From contig CAZBQZ010000003.1 of assembly GCA_964494495.1 (NCBI GenBank), positions 6,900 through 70,899 on the forward strand: a DNA stretch of 64,000 nt, given 5' to 3'. Source of the stretch: an uncultured Candidatus Saccharibacteria bacterium (GTDB taxonomy: Bacteria; Patescibacteriota; Saccharimonadia; Saccharimonadales; UBA4665). The position numbers were made by a program, and so were the translations under genes. Each line of letters begins with the position of its first letter. Position 1 is the stretch's first letter. This document shows, piece after piece, positions 57,302 through 64,000 of the stretch. The notes under the pieces were generated by a model that was given only the letters and a program-made list of their open reading frames with translations, was not told the DNA's origin and did not search any database.

Positions 57302-59206
57302 TTAAGGAATGTATACGCCCGCGTCGGAGTACGAGGCAACCAGAGCGCCATTAGGAGCGAAGAGCCGCGAGCTGCCATCTGGATAGATAACCCAGTTGCC
57401 TGTGCGTCCATTAAGACGTGAATTAGGGACGAGCACCGAGCCATCCGGGCGTAGTAAGCTGGTGGCATAACCGGACTCGTTTACTGCAAACGGGTCGCCT
57501 ACGCGCATACGGGCTACACGGAACTGCGATCGGTTTTCGCGGATACGCTGAATAATTATATTTTGTAGGTGGTTGTTACGCAGGCCCTGGGCCACAGCAA
57601 TCTGGTTGCGCAATTCGCGGCCCGCGGCCATAATCTTGCGCTCTTCGTGTGAGTACTGCCCTTCGTCGATACCAGGAGCGTGGTTGCTAATAACTGTGGC
57701 TTCGGCAACTTGCTGAGCACGTACGCGGGACTGCAAGGTAGTTAGTTGTGCATCGACGGCAGTAAGTTGTACTGCCGATTCGGCAGCTCCAGCCTGAGCT
57801 TGATCAATGCGTAGTTCGTGAATATGGGTAACATCGGCTGCGGCGGCACGGGTGCGAACTACCTCTTGTACGATGTCAAAGTGGTTAACCTGGTTGTCTA
57901 CTTCGGCTTCGTCGGAAATATCTAACTCGTCAATTTCTGCCCTGTGAGGTGGAGTTACGGGTCTGGTTGGGGCGCGCCAAGGTCTGCCATTGGTGTACTC
58001 GCGCACCATATGGCCACTGGCGCTGTCGAAGTGCAGTACGCTGCTGTCTTCGTATAAAGTCACCTGTTGGGTCGGGTTGTACGGATCGATGTTTACTGTA
58101 ATGCTGCCGTCGTGGTTAAGTCGCCGCTCGTATGGAGCGCTGGCAACTTCACTACTCATGGCTACCCGCTCCTCTAGGCGGATTCGGGCAACGATAAGCT
58201 CATCGTACAAGTCGGAACGAGCCGTAGAGCGTGGCGCTAGCAATTCAAGAGTATTAGCGGCTTCATCCAGGTTTTGGCTTACGGCAGCGGCTTGGTCTAC
58301 GTCAGGTTCGCCGCTCAAATACCAGCCAACTAAATTGTTACGGGCACTGTCTAGATTGGCCTCAACTGTTTGTACATTTTGTACGTGATCTTCTAGCACG
58401 TTGGCAATTTGTCCGATTTCGTACGATAGACCCTCGGATGAGATCTGCAATGCACCAGCTTGTCTGTGTAGGTCATGTAGCGCTTCGGCACTTAAGCCAG
58501 GCAGCTTCGATGGTTTGTCGACATTGGCTTTGCCGCCATTTTTCGTGTCTGAAATCTGGCGTAGCGATTGGTTTATTCTGGCCTCGTGCTCCTTGCGGTT
58601 TTTTGCTACACGATCAGCGTAGGCTGCAGGCGTTTCGCTGGGGAATTTTTGCGTTTGGCGGGGGCCGGCTGCAATACGATAGAGCGTTCGTGCTTCGAGA
58701 ACATCGAGTTCGTTCTGTCGAACTTCTGCCGCCTGGCCTGTTACGTCACTGTAAGAATCGGCGTTACGTTCGTACGTCTGACTGCCATTAAGCGCATGGC
58801 TCAGTAGCGGCACGAGCCTGTCTGGGTCTCCCTCGTTAATAAGCGTGATGATGGTATCGCGCGTTTCGGCAGTGCGGTTTTGGCTAAGTTGTGCAGCTCG
58901 TGCACCGTGATCACGAAGCGCGTTACTTGCGGGCCCCATTACCATTGGAGACATGTTTGGGTCTGCCGCCATGCGCGCTCGCAGCAAGTCTGCATGCCCG
59001 CCAGGCTGTTGATTGGCAACTGTGTGGTTTGCAGTCCCTACCCGCGTGCGAAGTTCCTGGAGTTGTCTGAGGATATTAGCTTGAGTCGTGGCTGCGTCCT
59101 GCATGCTATAAGGTTCACCCACGCTGGGCATGGGCGTGTCGATCATACCATCGAAATGCTCCGGGGTTCCAGGGTACGCATTAAAGGGATTTATGGGGTT
59201 TGTCAT
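57302..59206 (-). CDS. 634-aa orphan soluble protein (coiled-coil plus duplicated beta module) inserted in the T4SS cluster; candidate effector
   Basis: No signal peptide or TM; own promoter; two similar about 50-aa beta-hairpin modules. Start set at ATG 59206. Confidence 0.75.
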   Translation of the reverse strand: MTNPINPFNAYPGTPEHFDGMIDTPMPSVGEPYSMQDAATTQANILRQLQELRTRVGTANHTVANQQPGGHADLLRARMAADPNMSPMVMGPASNALRDHGARAAQLSQNRTAETRDTIITLINEGDPDRLVPLLSHALNGSQTYERNADSYSDVTGQAAEVRQNELDVLEARTLYRIAAGPRQTQKFPSETPAAYADRVAKNRKEHEARINQSLRQISDTKNGGKANVDKPSKLPGLSAEALHDLHRQAGALQISSEGLSYEIGQIANVLEDHVQNVQTVEANLDSARNNLVGWYLSGEPDVDQAAAVSQNLDEAANTLELLAPRSTARSDLYDELIVARIRLEERVAMSSEVASAPYERRLNHDGSITVNIDPYNPTQQVTLYEDSSVLHFDSASGHMVREYTNGRPWRAPTRPVTPPHRAEIDELDISDEAEVDNQVNHFDIVQEVVRTRAAAADVTHIHELRIDQAQAGAAESAVQLTAVDAQLTTLQSRVRAQQVAEATVISNHAPGIDEGQYSHEERKIMAAGRELRNQIAVAQGLRNNHLQNIIIQRIRENRSQFRVARMRVGDPFAVNESGYATSLLRPDGSVLVPNSRLNGRTGNWVIYPDGSSRLFAPNGALVASYSDAGVYIP

Positions 59207-59242
59207 GCTTATATTATAAGCATATACTTGATGAAAAGTCAA
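59205..59242 (-). promoter_or_regulatory. Leaderless promoter TTGACT-N18-TATAAT-N6-ATG with two palindromes
   Basis: -35 at 59242-59237, -10 at 59218-59213; TTGAT-N5-GTCAA at 59228-59242; ATGCTTATA-T-TATAAGCAT at 59205-59223. Confidence 0.72.
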
Positions 59243-59267
59243 TTACAAGTAGACGTTTGTAATGGTG

Positions 59268-62200
59268 CTACGAAGCATCGGGGTTGTAGGGGTCGTACGG
59301 CTTGGCGCCATATGCGTCCAAGTTGCGACGCGAGCGCTCGGTAGCTGGGTTGGTAGCGGGGTTTGGAGCGTAAATTGGTTTGCCAGTACTTGGGTCGCGC
59401 ACCAAAGCGGGGTTGCCGTTTGCGTCTATAACTGTTTCGCCCACCTGCGGGAAGTACGTTGTGCCATCTGGGCGTGGAATACCGCTGGTAATTCGTACGT
59501 CGCCAGGCTGGTATGTCTCTGTAAGGTAGGTGACTTCTGGTTGGTCGGTAACAGGGTTAACCTTAAGCTGCGAAGCACTGGCTTCCATACGGATACGTCG
59601 GCGGCCGCTCGGACTGGCATAGACGTATTGGGGTTGGTTGCCGTTAGGAGTGTATTGAGGGTTTACGACCACAGTACCAGTATTGGCGCCGCTAGTAGGC
59701 TGTATAACCTCTGTGCTGGCAATTTCCATGTTGTTGACCGAGCCGTATGGTGCAGCCTGTTCGATCTTGTCGATACCAGCTGTAAGCTTGTCGAGCTCGT
59801 CGCGGGCTCGGGCTACTGCGGCAGCATCCGTAGAAGTGTCACGCGTAACTTCGCGGCGCTGGAAGACGCGCCTGGACGCTTGCGACATATTGCGCAATGC
59901 CTGTGGCTTATCGCGAGCAGCGGTTACGCCATCGATTTCGAGCATAGCGTTCGACACGGCTTCATCAACGGCGACATCGTCAACGACTCCGCCGCTAGCT
60001 GCCATACCATCGTACAACTTCATCTGAGCGTTGTAGCCTATCTTTAGGTCGTGGCGGCCGTTAGCGGCCACAGCGTTTAGCTCACCAAGTAACGAGGCAG
60101 CCTGGCCACGGTTTGCTCCAGCCACCCCAAATACTGCTCTTTGTAGCTCGGCCTCGTCGCCAAAACCTGTACTGGTAGCGCCCAGGCGTCGCACTGCGTA
60201 CACCTGTCGTGCTTTGCTCCAGCCACCAGCTGCCCTGGCTGCCGAAATAGCATCTTCCATGTTTCGTGCGTCGACTGCTGCGTCGCCGGTATTGTACGTA
60301 CTGGCAAACCTTGTTGCTAGCCCAGCGCGAGCTTCTGCCTCGCTACCAAACGAGAGAGCATGGTGTTGTAAGTCGTTTTCTTTAGTAGCCTGGGCGCGTG
60401 CACTTTGCGCATGCTTGGCGGCAACCATGTCACGGTGTTGTGTAAATGCTTGCTGGCGGGTCCCCTGATTGGTTAAGAACCCCAATTTGCTCTCGGCATG
60501 GCCGAATGCAGTGGCGCCCTCGGTGCCGGTGTTGAACGCCCCAATACCCCGGTTAAGCGTGCGACTAAAAGCGTTATTGCCAGCAAATTGGTTAAAGCGT
60601 CGTCCTTCGCCCATTTTTTCCATATTGTTCTTGAGCTGGTTGGCGCGGAAGTTTTTAAGTCGGTCAAAGGCGCCCTTGCTACGGTCGTTAACTACACCAC
60701 CTACCGTGGCCACCAGGCCGCCTGCCAGACGGAAAGCTGTTGGAATCAAGAAGTACGGTGCAAAGTAAGCAATTATGAAGATAAACTGGCCAATGACCCC
60801 ACCGTTGTTGACGGCACCAGCCACCTGCGCAAACACGTGACCAACGGCAATAAAACCAGACATAATTGGGAACATAGCGAGCGCGCCGCTTGTGCTATCA
60901 AGCCAGATCTTTCCCCCTTTTCGAGTGTTGGGTAATACGTAGAGGGCAATGGCCATGGGTGACAAAATAACTAGGAAAATAACTGCCATTTCTCGGAAGA
61001 CTAACAGTATAAAACCAACAAATACAGCAAGTAGCGCGGTAAGCGCAAAGCTCAGTAATCCAAACGCGCCCAAGCCAATAAATGCCACACCACCGAGCAC
61101 TGCCAGCGCATCTGATGTGCCCGCACCAATGTGGGCAGCCCCCAGCACACTAAACGGCTTATATATAAGTGCTCGTACGCCGTAGCCTAAGACGTCGGAC
61201 GCAGTAATGGCTGCTTTCATGAGTTGCCACGAAATCGCGATGGCAATCACGGCCACGAGTAGCCTGGGCAATATCTTTTTTATAGCATAGGCGTCCAGAA
61301 CGTCGGCCCCTAACGCCTGCGAAATAATCATTACCAGGCTAGCAATTACAATAACTGCCATCGCTAAAATGCGCACGCTATTCCATGCTTTATAGAAGCA
61401 CGGCCCAGGGTTACTGTCACCGCAGGCGCCCTTTTCATTTAGGTATGTGTCGACACTAATGTTAAGCATATCGTTGATGGCGCTGTCGAACGAGCCAGCC
61501 AGCGAGATTGCAGCTTGTGCAATCGGGCAAATGAGCCATGACAACGAAATTTTAAAGATATCGCATACTAGCTGGTTTGAGTCGGCGGTGCCTGAACCCG
61601 AGTCGTCTATGGCGCCAGTCCCACCACTATACAAAGCGGCGTCGGTAATTGCATAGACGTGCAGGTCGCCAAATGTAACCGCACAACCGGTACCGGTTTT
61701 GCGCAGAGTCCAGTTAATGGGGAAAATTTTGCTGGTTTGTTTGTCTAGTGGGTTTCCATCCCCAGCTCTGGCCCGGCCAAGGTATGCGCAGCTAGTGTCT
61801 GCGTGGTCGTAGTAGGTTGGATTTTGAGTACCTTGGTTAACGTCGTAGTTGCCAATGTAGAGTGCCTCGTGTCCGTCGCCACCAGGGAATGCCGTAACTA
61901 GGCCTTTACCATCGGTATAGAACCAAATTTCTGAATTAGTGCGGTCGGGTAGCAAGTATTCCGGCGATGGCAACCCAGGTTGGCTGGTGTTCCCTCCCGA
62001 AGGATCTGTCACTATCGAGCCATTTGCTGTGTAGTCATAAAACAACAAACCGGTACAGGCCACACTATCGATACCGGCATTGATACGCTGAACAATCTGG
62101 GCATTGGTTAGCGTTCCATTGCCATTGTCGTTATATGTCAGGTTGAAGCCGGCACTTTTGAAGGCAGGATCTCCACAGACCGGGGCATCTATGAATGGTA

Positions 62201-63290
62201 CATGATTGTCGGTCCCAGCGCTGAAGGGGTCAATATCGGGATTTTGTCCTTGGGCATCAAGGGTTTCTCCCTCCCTGCTGGGTTCATCGGTTGCGGAAAG
62301 GAAATATATATTGGTGCTGTCCCAGCGATAGTCGGTGTACATTTCGTGATACGCTGTACCGCCCTGATTATAGGTTATGGTAATGTGCGCTACATCCTGA
62401 AAGCTAGCATTGGCCGCTGCGCCAAACAAACCTGGACTAAGTAACTTGGAGATACCGCCTACGACAATGTGGTGTGTTACATAATTACGCACATCATCGT
62501 AATGTTGCAAATTACCATTGGTATTTTGGCCGTCGGCAGTCAGACCGTTGGTACCATCCTTAGTGAACTGAAGTACTAAACCATTGCCGTGATAGTTGGC
62601 GGCCCCGTGGGCACCACACTGGGTGTTACAGGTGGCGTTGATCTCGCGACCGATAAGCTTTATTGAATCATCGCCATTAAACTGGACAGGTATAAGAGTA
62701 AAGCGAGGGCTGTCCAATGTACCGCAACCTAGCCGGTTGCCGGCATCAGTCGCAGGAGTGCTCGATACCATGATATTGCTTATCTTATTTATGTGGGCCA
62801 GGATTTGCTTTATATACGACACACCTGTATTTATGTCTATCTCTCCGGTACGCTTGGTTGTGTCCAGAGAGCCGAACCAGTAAAAAAAGCCATTACCGTT
62901 GACGGCTACGACTGTCTGAACGGCGGCTTTAATCTCGGCATCGCTCTTGCCAACATACTGAGAGATATTTTTTAAACCTATAGAATTAAAGACAGTTTGG
63001 TCGTCGAGAGTGCGTTGTACAAAATGGAACTCACACGTAACGCCAAAGGTTGGATCGATATGTTTGTTCTTATCGTTCCAATCCAAAGTAAAGAGTTCGT
63101 ATGGTGGGGTCGTCGGGTCGTCGGTGGGGTCGCCATAGACCATTGGAACATTACTGACCCCATTATCGGCACTGGCTCGCGGTATAAATGGTGTGACAAG
63201 TGGCATTGCCAGGCTTAGCAGCAGCAAAAAAGCAATCGTCAATGTGGTCAGGCGACTCTTCCAGCCGACTAGTGCACCAGCCATGCTCAT
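59268..63290 (-). CDS. Giant VirB6/TrbL-like membrane protein with a large N-terminal extracellular domain and long C-terminal tail
   Basis: Signal sequence ending near RASA, about 560-aa D/N/G/T-rich region, TM core (WLICPIA, FYKAWNSVR, KKILPRLLVAVI, LVILSPMAIALYVLPNT), then helical and Pro-rich tail. Confidence 0.75.
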   Translation of the reverse strand: MSMAGALVGWKSRLTTLTIAFLLLLSLAMPLVTPFIPRASADNGVSNVPMVYGDPTDDPTTPPYELFTLDWNDKNKHIDPTFGVTCEFHFVQRTLDDQTVFNSIGLKNISQYVGKSDAEIKAAVQTVVAVNGNGFFYWFGSLDTTKRTGEIDINTGVSYIKQILAHINKISNIMVSSTPATDAGNRLGCGTLDSPRFTLIPVQFNGDDSIKLIGREINATCNTQCGAHGAANYHGNGLVLQFTKDGTNGLTADGQNTNGNLQHYDDVRNYVTHHIVVGGISKLLSPGLFGAAANASFQDVAHITITYNQGGTAYHEMYTDYRWDSTNIYFLSATDEPSREGETLDAQGQNPDIDPFSAGTDNHVPFIDAPVCGDPAFKSAGFNLTYNDNGNGTLTNAQIVQRINAGIDSVACTGLLFYDYTANGSIVTDPSGGNTSQPGLPSPEYLLPDRTNSEIWFYTDGKGLVTAFPGGDGHEALYIGNYDVNQGTQNPTYYDHADTSCAYLGRARAGDGNPLDKQTSKIFPINWTLRKTGTGCAVTFGDLHVYAITDAALYSGGTGAIDDSGSGTADSNQLVCDIFKISLSWLICPIAQAAISLAGSFDSAINDMLNISVDTYLNEKGACGDSNPGPCFYKAWNSVRILAMAVIVIASLVMIISQALGADVLDAYAIKKILPRLLVAVIAIAISWQLMKAAITASDVLGYGVRALIYKPFSVLGAAHIGAGTSDALAVLGGVAFIGLGAFGLLSFALTALLAVFVGFILLVFREMAVIFLVILSPMAIALYVLPNTRKGGKIWLDSTSGALAMFPIMSGFIAVGHVFAQVAGAVNNGGVIGQFIFIIAYFAPYFLIPTAFRLAGGLVATVGGVVNDRSKGAFDRLKNFRANQLKNNMEKMGEGRRFNQFAGNNAFSRTLNRGIGAFNTGTEGATAFGHAESKLGFLTNQGTRQQAFTQHRDMVAAKHAQSARAQATKENDLQHHALSFGSEAEARAGLATRFASTYNTGDAAVDARNMEDAISAARAAGGWSKARQVYAVRRLGATSTGFGDEAELQRAVFGVAGANRGQAASLLGELNAVAANGRHDLKIGYNAQMKLYDGMAASGGVVDDVAVDEAVSNAMLEIDGVTAARDKPQALRNMSQASRRVFQRREVTRDTSTDAAAVARARDELDKLTAGIDKIEQAAPYGSVNNMEIASTEVIQPTSGANTGTVVVNPQYTPNGNQPQYVYASPSGRRRIRMEASASQLKVNPVTDQPEVTYLTETYQPGDVRITSGIPRPDGTTYFPQVGETVIDANGNPALVRDPSTGKPIYAPNPATNPATERSRRNLDAYGAKPYDPYNPDAS

Positions 63291-63757
63291 TGAGCAGTAC
63301 TCTGGGTATTAGCGGTAGCGGCTGGGGCGGTAGCGTATGCATCTATTTGATATGTCGAACCACTCTTCACGACGTAGCAGTTAACCAATACCTTACTAGC
63401 GGGGGCGTTTAGTTCGTATTGTAGCTCTTTGCGCTCGCTAGGGTTAGGAGTGTCATTGGTAGCAGCACGTGTAAGGTTGCTGGTTTCGATAAGTTTTGGA
63501 ACGGCCTTGAAATAGTAGTTGTACCAGCTTTTTACAATGGCACTCCACTGTTCTTCACTGCCGCCATTAGTCCGGGCGTTGGCCGAGAACATAGCATAGC
63601 TTTTAGAGGCGTCCTGGGCGGCGACATACTTAATGAATGTCGTGCAGGTGCTCTGGTATGGATCTTTGCGACTAACTAGAGTAGTAACCACAACGATTAA
63701 CACCATTGCCAAGACGATGCCACCAATTATCAAAAATCGACGAGTTTGCGATTGCAT
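63287..63757 (-). CDS. Small membrane-anchored hypothetical protein (N-terminal TM, possible NTF2-like alpha+beta domain)
   Basis: 156 aa; TM at about aa 8-29; 4-nt overlap with the virB6-like start. Confidence 0.7.
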   Translation of the reverse strand: MQSQTRRFLIIGGIVLAMVLIVVVTTLVSRKDPYQSTCTTFIKYVAAQDASKSYAMFSANARTNGGSEEQWSAIVKSWYNYYFKAVPKLIETSNLTRAATNDTPNPSERKELQYELNAPASKVLVNCYVVKSGSTYQIDAYATAPAATANTQSTAQ

Positions 63758-63861
63758 GTGTTATAACCTATCTCTCCTATTGTACCAGCACCACGTGCAA
63801 AAATCTTCACAAATAGTGGTCTCTTGTGAGTAAGCCGTTTTATGCCGTATACTCCTTAGTA

Positions 63862-64000
63862 ATGAGTACATTCTCGTTCGTTGGCCGTTTACAAAAAGTA
63901 GCTTTTGTCACTGCCCTTTTAGCGCTTGCCCTGTGTGCAATGCTGCCGGTGCGCGCCCATGCTGCTACAGCCACCGCCAAATGCTTTGATGCGCTTGCTG
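63862..64000 (+). CDS. Secreted protein, 3' truncated by window edge (not in ORF track)
   Basis: TATACT at 63848-63853, 8 nt before ATG 63862; MSTFSFVGRLQKVAFVTALLALALCAMLPVRAHAATATAKCFDALA is an open frame with an AHA signal-peptidase site. Confidence 0.75.
   Translation, partial: MSTFSFVGRLQKVAFVTALLALALCAMLPVRAHAATATAKCFDALA

Noticed and set aside
59262-60047. 261-aa + strand ORF
   Set aside because: Antisense shadow of the VirB6-like C-terminal tail; no SD, promoter or recognisable domain.
47615-63757. Prophage interpretation prompted by the phage-tail lysozyme domain
   Set aside because: No capsid, terminase, portal or tail genes; neighbours are VirB4, PrgI and VirB6-like, so the domain fits a VirB1-type role.

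Overview
Bacterial chromosome segment, about 50% GC by eye, standard genetic code (TAA, TAG and TGA all end genes). It spans the replication origin (rpmH/rnpA/yidC/jag <- oriC -> dnaA-oriC-dnaN-orf-recF). The gene set points to a Patescibacteria/CPR genome, most likely Saccharibacteria (inference): short Jag, no yidD, many leaderless -10 promoters, and a Gram-positive-like VirB4/PrgI/VirB6 cluster next to the origin. Left of the origin is a ~39 kb cell-surface glycan locus. It has nucleotide-sugar enzymes (glmS, manC, manB, rmlBCDA, ugd, uxs, two CDP-tyvelose-epimerase-like SDRs, a UGM-like flavoprotein), three NUDIX-fold genes (one with an in-frame TAG), two GtrA flippases and two GtrB/DPM-type GT2s. 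It also has several GT-C-like polytopic proteins, a Wzm/Wzt exporter with methyltransferase and WsaE/WsaF-like transferases, an O-antigen-ligase-family protein and a repeat-rich secreted protein. Right of the origin is a ~16 kb type IV secretion-like cluster with a lysozyme+M23 hydrolase. The best leads are: two orphan, separately promoted, signal-peptide-less genes (a tandem-FHA protein and a 634-aa internally duplicated protein inside the T4SS cluster) sharing a TTGAY-N5-GTCAA palindrome over their -35 box; a possible UDP-pentose/furanose plus lipid-linked decoration pathway with a Tyr->Phe SDR partner; a 10-bp palindromic bidirectional -10 element; and a twice-repeated 23-bp hairpin. No rRNA, tRNA, CRISPR array or transposase was recognised. 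All family assignments come from motifs read by eye; no database searches were run.
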